Source: an uncultured delta proteobacterium | GTDB lineage: Bacteria; Myxococcota; Kuafuiibacteriia; Kuafuiibacteriales; Kuafuiibacteriaceae | Direction of reading: 5' to 3' | Length of the DNA: 64,000 nucleotides | Assembly: GCA_963803435.1 (NCBI GenBank) | Contig: CAWDML010000009.1 | Coordinates: 928,001-992,000 of the forward strand | Part shown: in pieces, positions 1 through 14,536 of the stretch | Position numbering within the stretch: position 1 is the stretch's first letter | How the letters are laid out: every line of letters starts with the position of its first letter | Made by a program: the position numbers and the translations under genes | Notes under the pieces: model-generated | Seen by the model: only the letters and a program-made list of their open reading frames with translations | What the model was told of the DNA's origin: nothing | The model's database searches: none

Positions 1-3000
1 ACCGGGTTGGAGAAGTCGGCCTGCCCGAAGGTGACCGAGCTCGGCGTGAAGGTCAGGCCGGCGAGGGTCGAGGTGATGGTGACGGTGTCGGTGCCACCGT
101 CGGCGAGGTGCGGGCGGAAGCCGAGGTGGACCTGGAATGTGACCCCGGGGCCGCCTTCCTGGACCGAGGCCGGGAGCGTCGCCGGGATGCTGTCGGCCAG
201 GATGACCTGATGGTCGTCGTCGGCGACGTCGACGTCGATGGTGACGTCTGGGGCACCTTCGGGCGCGGAGAGGGCGCCGGTCGAGAGGGTGAAGCTGGTG
301 CTCTCGTCCTCGAGAATCGTCGTCCTCGACGCCGGTGACGGCGACCGCCTGGGGCACGGAGAAGTTGGAGGCGGTGAAGACCAGCGCCGCCGGCGACAGG
401 GCGGCCACGGTGGGATTCTGCGCCGCCCGCGGTCACCGTGACGGGCGCCGACGGCCGGTAGCCGAGCGTCACCAGCACCTGAGCGGTGGCGCCCTCGAGC
501 ACGCTTGCGGGGTTGGGCGCGGCCAGGATCACCTGGGTGTCGTCGTCGGCGACGACCACCGAGACCGTCTGAGCGGCGACACCGGCAGAGGCGAGCGTGA
601 CGGTCAAGCTCTCCCCGTGGACGTCGTCGTCCTCGACCGCGGCGATCGAGAAGGGCTGCGGCGTGCCGTAGTCGTTCGAGTCGAACGTCAGGACGGCCGG
701 GCTCGCGGTGGCGGCGCCGGGATCCGACGAGCTCAGCGTCACCACCTGGGTGCCGGCCGGATCGTACTGGAGGTACGCGGTGAGGGCCTGAGGTGCACCG
801 CCCTCGGTCAGCGACACGTTGTTGCTGGAGAGGATGATCGCCTGGACGTCGTCGTCCGCGACGGCGACGGCGACCGATCCGGCGGCGGGGACGTCGAGCG
901 AGGACATCGTCACCGCGACGCTCTCGTCGTGCACGTCGAGATCGTCGACCGGGCTCACGGTGACGGTCTTGGGGGTGGCGTAGTCGGCCGGTGTGAACGT
1001 CAGCGCCACGGGCGACACCGAAGCGGCGCCGGCGTCGCTCGAGAGGACGGCCACCGAGACGGCGGCGCTCGGCTGGAACTGGAGCCGCACCGTGAAGCTC
1101 GAGGAGGCGCCGCCCTCGGTGAGGCTCAGGCTGGCGGGGAAGATCGCGAAAGCCTGGGTGTCATCGTCGTCCACCGTGACCTGCACGCTGTCCGGCGCGA
1201 TCCCCGACGCCGGTGATCGCGATGGTGACGCTCTCGTCGGCAACGTCGACGTCCTGCGGCGCCGAGACGGTGAGCGTCCGCGCGACGGCCCAGTTGCTCG
1301 AGTCAAACGTGATCGATCCGGGCAGGACGGCTGCGGCGCCGGCGTCGGAGCTCACCAGGGTGACGCTGACCGGCGTGACCGGATCGAACGCGAGCCGCAC
1401 GGTGAACGTCTTGCTCCCGCCCTCGCCGAGCGCAATCGCGTGCGTGCTGAGTACCAGCGACTGCGTATCGTCGTCCTGGACGGACACCGCGATCGAGGCG
1501 CCGGGTGTGCCGGAGCCGACCAGATCGATCGTCACGGACTCGTCGCGGGTGTCGGAGTCCTGGATACCCGCGATCGTCAGCGACTGGGCCTGCGCGTAGT
1601 TCGCCGAGGTGAAGGTGAGCGAGGTGGGGGCGGCCGTGGCGGCGGCGCCGTCGCTCGACGCGGCGGTGACGGTGAGGGGCGTGACCGGGTCGAACGCGAG
1701 GCTGACGCCCACCGAGCCCGAGCCACCCTCGGCGACGCTGAGGCTCGTCGAGGAGAGGACGATCGACTGGACGTCGTCGTCGTGGATCGCGACCGCCAGG
1801 ATCTGGCTGGCGGCGACGGCGCTGGAGAAGGTGACGGTGACGTTCTCGTCTCGCGTGTCGGCATCCGCGAGCGCGAGCAGCGAGACAGTCTTCGGCTGCG
1901 CGTAGTCGGCCGAGGTGAAGGTGAGGCTGGCCGCGCCCACGGTGAGTGCGCCGGCGTCGCTGTTCGCGATGGAGACAGTGACGCTCGCCTCGGGATCGGC
2001 CGCGAGGCGCACCGTGACCTGACCGCTGGTGCCCTCGTCGAGCAGGACCGAGCCGGAGTCGAGCACGAGCGCCTGCTGGTCGTCGTCATGCACGGCCACC
2101 GTGACCGCGCGGGGCACGAGACCGGCCGCGCTCACCGTGACGGCGGCGCTCTCGTCGTGGGCGTCGGCGTCCTGAAGCGCGGTCACCGAGACGCTCCGGG
2201 GCAGGTCCCAGTTGCCCGCGTCGAAGCTCAAGCTGGCGGCGTCCAGCGAGATCACGTTCGGATCGGAGACCGAGAGCGAGACCACGACCGTCCCGGACGG
2301 CTGCTGGGTGAGGCGAACCTCGAATGCGCCCGCGGCGCCTTCGGTGAGCGAGAGGCTCGACGGCGTCAGCGCCAGGTTCAGCGTGTCGTCGTCGACGACG
2401 GTGACCGCGACGGTGACGGGCGTCAGGGAGGGCGCGGACAGCAGGACCTCGGCGGTGTCGTCGGTGACGTCAGGATCTTCGAGGCCAGCGATCGAGACGC
2501 TCTTCGGCACCGACCAGTCCGAGGGTGTGAAGGTCACGCTTCCGACGGCAGGCGCGGCGACGGTGGGGTCGGAGGAGGCGACCGAGACGGTTACGGCGGC
2601 GGCGGGACGAAACGCGAGGCGCACGCCCACGTCCTCGCTTCCGCCCTCCCCGATGGTCAGCGAGGTCGGATCGACGACCAAGGACTGGACGTCGTCGTCC
2701 ACCACGGTCACCGCGATCGCCAGGTCGGCCATCCCAGTCGAGGACAGGACCACGCTCACCGAGGCGCCGGCGACGTCGTCGTCCTGGACCGCGGTCAACG
2801 TGACGGGCACGGGCGCGCTCCAGTTGGACGGCGTGAAGGTGAGGACGGCGGGCGAGGCCGACAGCGAGGGGATCGGTCGAGGCCACGTTGATGCTGACCG
2901 GAGCGGGCGGGGCGAAGGCGAGGCGAACGCCGACGTGCTCGGAGTCCCCTTCACCAACGGTGACCTGCAGGCGATCGGCGAGGATCGCCTGCGCGTCGTC

Positions 3001-5232
3001 GTCGGTGACCAGGACCGCGAGCGCGTCCGGCGCCAACCCTCCGCCCGAGACCGCGACGGTCACGCTCTCGTTGGCGAGGTCGTCGTCGTCGGTGCCGCTG
3101 ACGGTGATCGCGCGCGGGAGGTCCCAGTTGGAGGCGTCGAAGTCGAGGCTCGCCGGCGAAACGGTGGCAGCCCCCGGATCGGACGAGGAGAACGCGAGCG
3201 TGATCGGAGAGGCCGGCTCGAAGGCCAGGCGGGCGGTGAACGGGGAGGCGCCGTTCTCGGCGACCAAGAGCGTGTGGGTGTCGAGCAGGATCGACTGGTG
3301 ATCCTGGTCCGTCACGGTGACCGCCACGCTGACCGGCGCGGCGTCGGCCGAGACCAGCGTGATGGTGCTCTGGTCGTCGGTGGTGTTCGCGTCCGCTTCG
3401 GCGAAGACGGTGATCGACTGGGGCAGGTCCCAGTCCGCTGCGGTGAACGTGAGCTGCTCCGGCGCGGTCGCGAGGTATGGGTCCGCCGGAATGACGGCGA
3501 CGGTGACCTCGCCGTCCGGTTCGAAGCCGAGCCTGAGGTCGAAGGTGCCGGCTCCGTTCTCCGGCACGACGATGGCGCCCGGAGAGGCGAGCAGCGTCAT
3601 CTCGTCGTCATCGATCACCAGCACCGGCGCGGCCGCCACTCCGATCTCCAGCGACGAGAGTCGCAGCGAGCCGAGGTCGTCGCGGACGTTCTGATCCTGG
3701 AGGCCGGTGACCGTGACGCGCTGCTCGTGGTTCCAGTCCGCGGCCGTGAACGTGAGCAGCGCCGGGCTGGCCGAGATGGCGCCCTCCGCGCCCACGTTGA
3801 TCCGCGTGGTGTTGAGGGGCGGAAACATCAGTCGGACGCCGAGCTCCCCGCTCTCGCCCTCGTGCACGGTCGCGGAGGACGGGTTGATGATCGCCTCCTG
3901 GACGTCGTCCTCGATCACGGTCACCTCGACGGTCACGTCCGCGGCGCCGGGGCAGGAGAGGGTGACGGTCTCGTCCTCGTCCTCGAGATCCGGGTCGTTG
4001 CGACCGATGACGTTCACCAGCCGGTCCTGGTTCCAGTCGTTCCGCGTGAACACGAGGTCGACCGGGGTCACGGCGATCTTCGCCGGGTCCGAGAGCGCGA
4101 GGTGAACCACGGTGTCCGCCGGCGGCTGGAAGCCGAGGCGCACCGTGAAGCTCTGCGCGTCGCGTTCGCTGACGCCGACCGAGGCCGTGGAGACGACGAT
4201 GATCTGCGTGTCGTCGTCGGTGACCGTGACGGCGACGTCGGCCGCGCCGTCGATGCCCGCGCTGGTGAGCATGACGTGGGCTTCCTCGTCGGTGACGTTC
4301 ATGTCGGCGACGCCGCTGACCTCGATCATCTGCGGCTGGTCGAAGTTGTCCTTGGTGAACGTGAGAGTCGCTGGCCCGACCGCGGCGATGCTGCGGTCGG
4401 TGGAGGCGACGTCGACGGTGACGTCCTCCTCGGGCTGGAACGCCAAGCTCGCGGCGAAGCTGGTGGTCAGCCCCTCACCGACCGAGACCGCGCCGGTGCT
4501 GAGCACGAAGGCCTGCGTGTCGTCGTCGGCGATGGTGAGGGCGACGGTCGCGCCTTCACCGGCCGGATTGCCGAAGGCGACGTCGACCGCGTTGCCGGCC
4601 AGATCGTCGTCCTCGAGCGCCTCGAGGCGGAGCGTCTGCGGCACGTTCCACGTCTCGGGATCGATCACCATCACCGAATGGCTCACTCGGACCCGGTGCG
4701 GATCGCTCGCGGCGACCGACACGGCCACGGCGGCCTCCGGGCGCGCCGAGAGGCGGAGCCCGACGGTGGTGCTGCCGCCCTCGACGAGGTTCGCCGACGC
4801 GGGCGTCACCACCAGGTTGACCGCGTCGTCGTCGACCACCGTGACGCTGAAGCTCCGGGTGCCGAGCTCGGACTCGAGGGTGATGAACGCCGTATCGTTC
4901 TTGGCGTCGTCGTCGTCCTGAGGCGTGAGGCTGACCTCGATGCCCTTCACGTCGACCATGCCTTCGGTCATCGAGAGCGTCACCACCGAGGGCGCGCTGT
5001 TCGACAGCGTGGCCGCGATCGGCTGATCCGACGCGGTGTTGAGCCGCAGGCGGAACTTCACCGGCTCACCGCCCTCCACCAGCGCGAACGTGTCCGGATG
5101 CGGATCGATCAAGATCGCGAGATCCGGTGTCCGCTGAGGAACCACCACCGGTGGCGGCTCATCGCCGCACGCGAGCACGGCCGCGGCGAGGAGTCCCAGG
5201 GTCGAGAGACGGAGCGTCGTCCTTACTTGCAC
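1..5232 (-). CDS. Giant surface lipoprotein with at least 16 tandem Calx-beta/Ig-like repeats (~98 aa); frameshifted; runs off the window's left edge
   Basis: ORFs 2470-5382, 1161-2957 and 53-1306 join. Repeats contain 'L.V.EG', 'LTFT..NW..PQ' and 'VTV.DDD'. Lipobox-like LAAAVLA-C follows GTG 5232 with GGAAAGG upstream. Breaks near 2870, 1203, 430 and 250. Confidence 0.8.
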
Positions 5233-5311
5233 TGCAGGTGTCACCTTTCCGACGGTTGAATCGTTCGGTCGGGCGACGGCTGAAGATGTAGGAGCGAAGT
5301 TCCTGGGGCGC

Positions 5312-6643
5312 TCAGTCCGCGAACGCCTCCAGACGGCGACGGCGCTTGATGTGTCGCATGCGTGCCAGGGCCTTGGCCTCAATCTGGCGCACGCGCTCGC
5401 GGGTGAGACCGAACATCTGCCCGATCTCCTCGAGCGTGTGGCTCTGATCCCCGCCGATTCCGAACCGAAGCCGGAGGACCTGCTCCTCGCGCGGCGTCAG
5501 GGTGGCGAGCGCGCGCCTGAGCTCGTTCTTCAGGTCGGACTCCACCACGTGATCCGCGGGCAAGAGCGCGTCCGGGTCCTCCACGAAGTCACCGAGCACG
5601 GCGTCGTCGTCGCCGACCGGGGTGCTCAGCGAGACCGTGTGCGGCTTCACCTCCAGCGCGCGCACGACCTGCTCCGGGGTGAGGCCGGTGCGCGTGGCCA
5701 ACTCCTCCACGGTGGGGCACCGTCCGTGTTCCTGAAAGAACACGCGCTCGTTCCGCGCGAGCTGCGACATGCGTTCCTGCATGTGCACCGGCACCCGGAT
5801 CGTCCGCCCGCGATCGGCGATTGCGCGGTTCATGCCCTGTTTGATCCACCAGGTGGCGTACGTCGAGAAGCGATAGCCGTGCCGCCACTCGAACTTCTCG
5901 ACGGCGCGCATCAGGCCGAGGTTGCCCTCCTGGAGCAGGTCGGAGAACGGGAGCCCGCGGTTCAGGTACCGCTTGGCGATCGACACCACGAGCCGGAGGT
6001 TGGCCTCCACCATGCGCTGCCGCAGCCGCGCGGCCCGGCGTCCGGCCGCGCGGACCCGCCGGGAGATCGGCTCGAGCTCCGAGAGCGGGCGGCCGAGCTC
6101 CTCCTCGGTTCGTTCGGTCCTGAGCGAAGAGCCGCCCTCCAACGCGTGGGCGACGCGTTGCTCGAAGCGCTCCAGGATGGCCGCGATCTGGGACTTCTCG
6201 ATGAGCAGGTCGGCGATCCGTCGGGTGGCGCGATCACGATCGAGGTCGATCTGCGCGCGCACGGCCGCCAGCCGCTTCCGGGAGATGCGCTTCTTTTTCG
6301 TGAGCTCGGCCTCCAGGGTCAACGCGCCCTCGGCCAGCGTTTGCGCCTCAGCGAGCGCTTGGATCACGTCGCGCACCGCGGAGGCGTCGTCGAGGTCGCG
6401 GTCCGCCCGCGGCGCCGGACGAAGCAGGTCCTCCAGCGAGTGCCGGCCCGTCTCGAGCTTGGCGCCGAGCACGACGAGCTCGCGCACGACGTGGGGACAT
6501 TCGATCGCCGCTCGGAGCGCCTCGAGCTCCGCCGCTTCGATCTGTTGTGCGAGCTCGACCTCCTGGCCCGCCGCCAGCAGCGGGAAGCGGCGGAGCTCTG
6601 AGAGATAGGCCTGGAGGTCGGCCCCCGTCATTTTGCGTCTCAC
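5312..6643 (-). CDS. RNA polymerase sigma70 factor, RpoD-like but lacking region 1.1
   Basis: Region 1.2 [14 protein letters not shown]; region 2 [16 protein letters not shown]...[14 protein letters not shown]; region 4 [21 protein letters not shown]. Confidence 0.93.
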   Translation of the reverse strand: MRRKMTGADLQAYLSELRRFPLLAAGQEVELAQQIEAAELEALRAAIECPHVVRELVVLGAKLETGRHSLEDLLRPAPRADRDLDDASAVRDVIQALAEAQTLAEGALTLEAELTKKKRISRKRLAAVRAQIDLDRDRATRRIADLLIEKSQIAAILERFEQRVAHALEGGSSLRTERTEEELGRPLSELEPISRRVRAAGRRAARLRQRMVEANLRLVVSIAKRYLNRGLPFSDLLQEGNLGLMRAVEKFEWRHGYRFSTYATWWIKQGMNRAIADRGRTIRVPVHMQERMSQLARNERVFFQEHGRCPTVEELATRTGLTPEQVVRALEVKPHTVSLSTPVGDDDAVLGDFVEDPDALLPADHVVESDLKNELRRALATLTPREEQVLRLRFGIGGDQSHTLEEIGQMFGLTRERVRQIEAKALARMRHIKRRRRLEAFAD

Positions 6644-6802
6644 TTGTGATTCCTTCGTTCCGCGGCCGCCGGGGCCGCGGGGGAGGAGGGAAGGACGGCA
6701 GCGCTTCCGAAGAAGGCGGGCCTTCGCCTGTGTCTCACAACGCGCGACGCGTCATCCTGATTCCATTTCGACGATGGAACACCCGATGCACTCGCACCCG
6801 GG

Positions 6803-7006
6803 ATGCAAACGCGGTGGCATCGATGCGAATACGACGCCGAGTATGAGGCGGCCGCGCATCCCGAGCGCTCCAATCCGGTCCCGGAGTGGGAGGTCGACGA
6901 GCTGGCCGACGGCTACGAGCCCAACCCGACCACCGGCTATGATCCGGCCCACGACTGGGAGATGCGCTTTCTAGCCCAGGGCTGGGCCGAGCTGCTGGCG
7001 ACCTGA
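6803..7006 (+). CDS. Small acidic hypothetical protein
   Basis: 67-aa ORF with protein-like composition filling the gap; no motif recognised. Confidence 0.4.
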   Translation: MQTRWHRCEYDAEYEAAAHPERSNPVPEWEVDELADGYEPNPTTGYDPAHDWEMRFLAQGWAELLAT

Positions 7007-7038
7007 TTTCACCCCGGGACATCGGCTACCATCGGCCG

Positions 7039-7830
7039 GTGCCCGTGGGTCGCACCGACTCCGACCTCGACGACGTCTGGAGCGACGAGAGCGACGAGAT
7101 CGAGCCGGGCAACGAGCTCACCGAGTTCGAGTTCAATCCGCCCAGCGCCAAGAAGAAGGAGGAGGCGGCGCCCCTTGCCCGGCCCCCGCTGACCTCGGAC
7201 CTGGAGATGCCGGCGCTCGGTGCACCGCAGCCCCTGGAGCTCAAAGAGAACGACCCTCCCACCGATCCACCGACGGATCCGCCGACCGACCCGCCGTACC
7301 AGCCGCCGCCGTTCTATCCGCCGACGCCGGTGAAGGCGACGCTCCCGGTGGGAACGATGCTGGTCGGCGCCTCCCGGTCCGTGCTCCTGGAGGACACGCG
7401 AGAGGCCCGCCCGCCGGATCCGGAGGCGAAGGACTCGCGCACGATCGTCGCGGATGTCGAAGAAGCGGCCATCGCCCGGGTGGTCTCGCGCTCCGTCCTG
7501 ACCTCGTCGGGCCCGAACCTGATCGTTCCGCCGGTGCTCGCCCGCGACGACATCCGCAAGGTCTTGATGGGGCGCCCCGAGGACGCCACACCGACGCCCG
7601 CGCCGACGCCGCCGGTGATGGAGCCTGCGCTGGATCTCGACCTCGAGCCGAGCTCGCTGGAGCTCGCGTTCGACCCGCGCGCACGGTCGTCGGTGCGGGA
7701 TCCGAGCGCGTCTCAGCGATCGATGGTGATGCGGCGGCGCCCGCAGCCGCTCCCGGTCCGGTGGATCGTGATCAGCCTGCTGGCCGTCGTGATCATCGCG
7801 TTCGTGATCCGCCTCGTCATCTCGAGATGA
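7039..7830 (+). CDS. Pro-rich protein with C-terminal membrane anchor
   Basis: DPPT tandem repeats; C-terminal hydrophobic WIVISLLAVVIIAFVI. Confidence 0.65.
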   Translation: MPVGRTDSDLDDVWSDESDEIEPGNELTEFEFNPPSAKKKEEAAPLARPPLTSDLEMPALGAPQPLELKENDPPTDPPTDPPTDPPYQPPPFYPPTPVKATLPVGTMLVGASRSVLLEDTREARPPDPEAKDSRTIVADVEEAAIARVVSRSVLTSSGPNLIVPPVLARDDIRKVLMGRPEDATPTPAPTPPVMEPALDLDLEPSSLELAFDPRARSSVRDPSASQRSMVMRRRPQPLPVRWIVISLLAVVIIAFVIRLVISR

Positions 7831-7867
7831 GCGCGCCCGCGCGTCCGCGAGCAAGTCGAAGTCGCGT

Positions 7868-9103
7868 TCAACGTTCACCGCGCAGATCGAGGCGCCGCAC
7901 GGTGGTGTGTCCCGGGAGGTGCTGCGGATCGAGTCGTGCGTTCGGGAGCGCCCTCGCGATCCGGTCCGCGGCGCTCGGACTGAGGTGGTTCCACCGGAGG
8001 TCTAGGCGGTCGAGGTGGGCGAACGAGGCCGCGTCGCGAAGCAGGCGCTGGCCGGACGCGTCGTCGGCGTGGCAGCGCGAGAGGTCCAGCGTCTCGAGGC
8101 GTGGGAGCAAGCCGGACGCGAGCAGGACCTCGAGGAGCGCCTCGGGCGCGCGTGCGAAGGGGAGGCGGAGGTGCCTGAGCACCGGCAGTCGCTCTGGGGT
8201 GAGGAGCGGGACCAGCTCGACGGGCTCGATCGGCTCCTCGGGACCGAGCCAGAGCTCGAGCCGCTCGAGGCGGGGGGCGGGAGCCGTCGCCAGCTGCTCG
8301 GGCGCGTCCCCCCCGAGGGCCCGCGATTGAACGATCAGCGACATCAGCGCCGGCGGGAGTGGCCCGAGTCGGATCTCGGAGCCGTTGAGCGCGACCACAC
8401 GAAGATGGCGCTGCGCCGTGAGGATCGCACCCGCATCGCCGATCCGGCAGTGCAGCAGCTCGTCGTTGGTGTCGAGTGTCAGGGTCGTGAGCAGCGAGGG
8501 CGTGCGGAGCGCGGCGACCACCGGCTCGAAGCCCTCGTAGCGGCCCCAGTCGGTCGCCGCGTCCACCGAGAGCGCGCGCAGTCGGCTCCCCGACGGGTGC
8601 GCGAGCAGTGTCTCGACGATCGCCCCCGACTCGAGGACGGCCGGCTCGACGACGCGCGCCCGTACGATGAAGCCGAGATGCCAGTCGAGCTCGAGGATCC
8701 CGCGCTCGACGAAGTCGGCCAGCGGACCGAGGAGCGACGGCCGGTGTCGCTCTAACAGCTCCGCTTCGGTGAGGACCTGCTGTCCGCTCTCGAGCAAGCT
8801 GGCTTGCAGCATGATCAGCTCACCGCGCGGATCGTCCGCCGCCTGGAGCTGGTCGCCGAGGACCAGGTAGTCGTCGAGCTTTTCATCGGCCTCGAGCGGC
8901 GGGAGCGGGAGCACGCGGCGCTCGAGGCGTGTCGCCAGCGCGTCGACCGCGCGCGGATCGTCGAAGTCGAGCTCGAGGAGCGCCAGATGGTCGTCCGGAT
9001 CGAGGGCCGACTCCACGGCCTCGAGGTGCGCGTAGAGCCAGTCCCTGAAAGCGGAGGGACCGTCCAGCCCGAGCAGGAATCGCTGCAGCTCCGGCGGCGC
9101 CAC
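7868..9103 (-). CDS. TIGR02996-like domain plus leucine-rich-repeat protein
   Basis: YLVLGDQLQAADDPRGELIMLQ motif and LRR units (LETLDLS, LDRLDLRWNHL); start uncertain. Confidence 0.75.
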   Translation of the reverse strand: MAPPELQRFLLGLDGPSAFRDWLYAHLEAVESALDPDDHLALLELDFDDPRAVDALATRLERRVLPLPPLEADEKLDDYLVLGDQLQAADDPRGELIMLQASLLESGQQVLTEAELLERHRPSLLGPLADFVERGILELDWHLGFIVRARVVEPAVLESGAIVETLLAHPSGSRLRALSVDAATDWGRYEGFEPVVAALRTPSLLTTLTLDTNDELLHCRIGDAGAILTAQRHLRVVALNGSEIRLGPLPPALMSLIVQSRALGGDAPEQLATAPAPRLERLELWLGPEEPIEPVELVPLLTPERLPVLRHLRLPFARAPEALLEVLLASGLLPRLETLDLSRCHADDASGQRLLRDAASFAHLDRLDLRWNHLSPSAADRIARALPNARLDPQHLPGHTTVRRLDLRGER

Positions 9104-10843
9104 GTGCGCAGTGTGGACGAAGGTGGCCCGGAAGAAGAAGTGACGCCTTGGGACAACTTGGGCCACGCGTTCCCCGCGTGCGCCGACGGTCGAGCGCCGC
9201 GCGAGCCTTCGATGCGTGGTCCGGATCGTGGAGTGCAGGGCCTCCGAGGGACCCGATGGACGCCGTCATCCGCGCTGCACACCCGCTCGCACCGATCCTC
9301 AACTCGGCCTTCGACCATGCGCTCTCCTACAGCGATCTGAGCGCCATCCTCGCCCCGCAGACCGTGGCCCTCGAAGGCCGCCCCGCGCCCACCGCCGCCT
9401 TCGACGTGCTCGAGCGCCAGATCGAGGCCGCGCGCGATCCGAAGGTCGGCCGGGAGCGGATGCTCGCGCTCGCGCACCGCCACCTCGAGCGCGGTGACCG
9501 CCGGGAGGGGGAGCGAAACCTCCGCCGCGTCCTCGCCACCGATCCGGGCCACCCCGGGGCGCTCGACGCCTACCTCCCCCTGCTCCTGGAGACGGCGCGC
9601 TTCGAGGAGGCGGCCGACCTGCTCGATCGTGCGATCGCGCGGTGTCCGCGTTCCGACCGCCCTGACCGCATGGTGCAGCTCGCGACCATCGCCTACGAGG
9701 ATCTCGGTCAGGTCGATCGGGCGATCTCCGCGCTGCGCGCCGCCTACGAGTACGATCCGGTCCGCATCGACGTGCTGGCCCGCGCCCGCGTCATCCTGAT
9801 CGAGACGGAGCGATGGATCGACGTCAAGCACGTGCTCGACGTGGAAACCGCACACGTGCTGGCCTGGGGCGGCGATCGCGACGACGCCGCGCTCCACGCC
9901 CTGGCGGAGTCGTACCGGATGCTCGGAGACCGCGTGTACTCGAGCGGCCTCCGGCCCCGCCTGGCCGAGGACTGCTTCCGGCGCGCCAGCCTGCTCGGCG
10001 ACCGGACGGCGGATGAGAAGTACCAGCTGGTGCTCCGGTTGGGCGCGAAGTGGTCGAGCGTGGCCTCGGTGTGCCGGCGCCAGGCGTTCGACCTGCGCGA
10101 TCGACGCCGCGCGGCGCTCCTCCATCTGCGCGCGGCCGGGCTGCACCTCGACTATGCCCGCGACTTTGCCAGCGCCGAGGTCGGCTTCGATCGCAGCTGG
10201 CTCCTCGACCGCGGCAATCGCGCGGCGCTGGAGCTGATCGAGCGCGTCTATCTCGAGCAGCAGCGCACCGGCGACCTCCTGGCGAAGCTCGAGTCCCTGC
10301 TCGCCGCCACCCGGGATCCGGCCCTCCGGCTCGAGATCCTGGTGCGCGCCGCCCGGGTCGCGCCCGATCCGCTGCCCTGGTACCGCCGCGTGCTGGAGCT
10401 GGCGCCCGAGCACGAGGAGGCGCTGCGCTCGCTGGATCGGATCCTGGACGATCGGCGCTGGGATCGGGCCCGGGCCGAGCTCCTCGCCCGCCGGCTCGAG
10501 CCCGCGGGCGACCGGGCGATCCGACTCCGCCTTGCGCTGGGGCGGCTCCTCGCGGAGCGGCTCGGTGACTATCCCGGGGCGATCGTGCACCTCGAAGCCG
10601 TCCTGGCCCTCGATCCGGTCAGCTTCGAGGCCGCCTCCATGCTCCGGGCGATCTACCTCGACACGGGCGATGTGGAGGGTCTCGCCCGCGTCGTAGGCGT
10701 CCTGCTCCCGTATTGTCCCGATCGGAGAAGCCGTCTCGAGCTGCTGGAATCGCCCAAAAGGCGCCGATCCCTCCCCTGGAGAGGCCGACGTCGGCCCTGC
10801 GCGAGTTGTACGCCGTCGCGACGTAGCGATAACCTGGCGACGG

Positions 10844-12230
<1,387 letters not shown>

Positions 12231-12244
<14 letters not shown>

Positions 12245-13925
12245 CCGAGCACGAGCCGTGGAGCGCAGGGGAGCCATTCCCGAGAAGATCGGTCGCTACA
12301 CGATCCTGTGCGAGCTCGGAGTCGGCGGCATGGCGACCGTTTACCTGGGACGATCGCGCGGCCTCGGCGACTTCGAGCGGCTGTTCGCGATCAAGATGAT
12401 CCACGAGAACCTGTGCGAGTCGCCGGAGTTCGTGAGCCTTTTCCTCAACGAGGCCAGGATCGCGGCGCGCATCCATCACCCGCACGTCGTCCCGGTCTAC
12501 GACATCGACATCGAGGACGGCCGCTACTACCTGAGCATGGACTACGTCAGCGGCGAGACGCTGCAGCTGGCGCTCCAGGCCACCTGGAACAACGACGTGG
12601 CCTTCCCGCTCGATGTGGCCGCCCACGTGGTCGCCTGCGCCTGCGAGGGCATTCACGCCGCGCACGAGCTGGAGGACGCCGACGGCGACTCCCTCGGCGT
12701 GGTTCATCGCGACGTGACACCGCAGAACATCATCCTCGGCTACGACGGCATCGTGCGGGTGATGGACTTCGGGATCGCGAAGGCGCTCGATCAGGTGTCC
12801 CTGACGCAGCCCGGGACGCTGCGCGGATCGGTGCCGTACATGGCGCCCGAGCAGGTCAATCATCAGCCGATCGATCGCCGCGCCGACGTGTTCGCGCTCG
12901 GTGTGGTCCTCTGGGAGATCACGGTCGGCAAGCGGTTGTTCGCGCACCACACGGCGATCGGGACGATCGCGCGGATCGTCGGGATGGAGATCCCGCGTCC
13001 CTCGACCGAGCGGGCCGGGTACCCGGATGTCCTCGAGCAGATCGTGATGAAGAGCCTCGAGCGCGATCCGGAGCGCCGCTACCAGACGGCCGAGGACATG
13101 GGCGAGGCCCTGCGGCGCTTCCTGGTGGCGAGCGGGATCTGCACCACCTCCACCACCATCCGCGGCTTCGTGGAGGATCGGTTCGGCGAGCGGCAGCGCG
13201 AGCGGCGCACGATGGAGCGGAGCGCGAGTAGCGTGCGCGCGGCGGGCGAGGTTTCGAGCATGCCGCTCGTCCGTGTGCCCAGCGATCTTCTCAGCTCCGT
13301 CCAGCCGCCTGCGGAGCCGATCGACGACCCGGCGATCGCGCGGCGGATCCGCGAGGTCAACGCGGTGCCCACGGTGATCCTCTCCAACGAGTTCGAGACC
13401 CAGCCGGCGACGGAGGTGACCCAGCTGCCGCGACCGAAGTCCGTGGCCCCGCAGCGCCCGCGCACGCTCAGCCGAAGTGCGTGGCGGATCTGGTCCGCGC
13501 TGGCCGGCGTGCTCCTCGCCGTGATCCTGCTGGCCGCCGGTGCCACGATCTGGCCCGACTCTCCGACGAGCTCGAGCGGAGATCCGGGCGACGAGGTCGA
13601 CGTCCAGGAGGAGGCTGAGGACGACGCGTCGCTGCAGAGCGGCTCGGTCAGCATCACTGACATGGCGGGCGACGGCGGCAAGAAGGGCACGGTCGCGATC
13701 TACTTTCGCGTCATCCCGCCCTCCGCGAAGATCACCGTGAACGGCGAGCCCACCGAGTCGGACCTGGTGGTGCCGCGATCGCGATCGCGCTACACGATCC
13801 AGTTCTCGGAGCAGGGCTATCAACCGCAGGTGGTGACGGTGTCGGCGGAGGGCTCGCGCCTCATCGAGGCGAGCCTGAAGGCGATTCCGAAGGTGAAGAG
13901 GAGAGGGCGGAGACGGAAGCGTTAG
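12231..13925 (+). CDS. Membrane Ser/Thr protein kinase with C-terminal PEGA-like domain
   Basis: LGVGGMATV, HRDVTPQN, DFG, YMAPE; TM segment IWSALAGVLLAVILLAAG. Confidence 0.92.
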
Positions 13926-14521
13926 CCGAGGCGGAGGCGCTTCCTTCGCGGCGGCCCGGGACCGGACTTCGTGATCTGCGCGCGCAGCATCCGCGTGCGG
14001 TCGACCGACACGCGGGCGCGCGGTGCGTGCGCGCGGCTCCAGACGACCGGGCGGGAGGGTCGTACGCGAGGCCGCTGCGTCTTGGTCATGCGGGTGAGCG
14101 GCGCCGGCGCCTCCATCTGGAGCACGAGCGGCTCCGGTGCGCGCCGATCGACGGGCTCGGGCGCCGCCTCGAAGAGCGAGGCGAGATAGGCGCAGAAGGT
14201 CACCCAGAGCTGCGTCAACAGGCTCGGTCCAGCGATCGGACGGGGCGGAAACATGACCGCCCATCGCGCCGTGGACGCCGTGCACGACTGGAGCGGCGGG
14301 AGCTCGACGCGGGGACGGATCCCCGGCTCATCGAGACGCCACGGATCCGATTCGGCGCGACCGCCGCGGATCCGTTCCAGCCATTCGGTGCGTTCTTCGA
14401 CCGAGAGCTGGTACCAGCCTGCGGGGACGACCGACGTCGATCCACAGGTCGTGCACTTGCCGTGGTTGAGCTCGGGCGTCACGCCATCACAGTTGCCGCA
14501 GTGATAGGAGAGGCCGAACAT
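13922..14521 (-). CDS. Hypothetical protein with N-terminal zinc ribbon
   Basis: MFGLSYHCGNC...CTTC (two CxxC pairs); sigma54-like site directly upstream. Confidence 0.6.
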   Translation of the reverse strand: MFGLSYHCGNCDGVTPELNHGKCTTCGSTSVVPAGWYQLSVEERTEWLERIRGGRAESDPWRLDEPGIRPRVELPPLQSCTASTARWAVMFPPRPIAGPSLLTQLWVTFCAYLASLFEAAPEPVDRRAPEPLVLQMEAPAPLTRMTKTQRPRVRPSRPVVWSRAHAPRARVSVDRTRMLRAQITKSGPGPPRRKRLRLG

Positions 14522-14536
14522 CTGACGGGTCACATC

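Noticed and set aside
2212-5259. Long antisense or alternate-frame ORFs (also 19682-22456, 53482-55326, 58185-60203)
   Set aside because: Shadow ORFs of GC-rich coding genes with no recognisable motifs.
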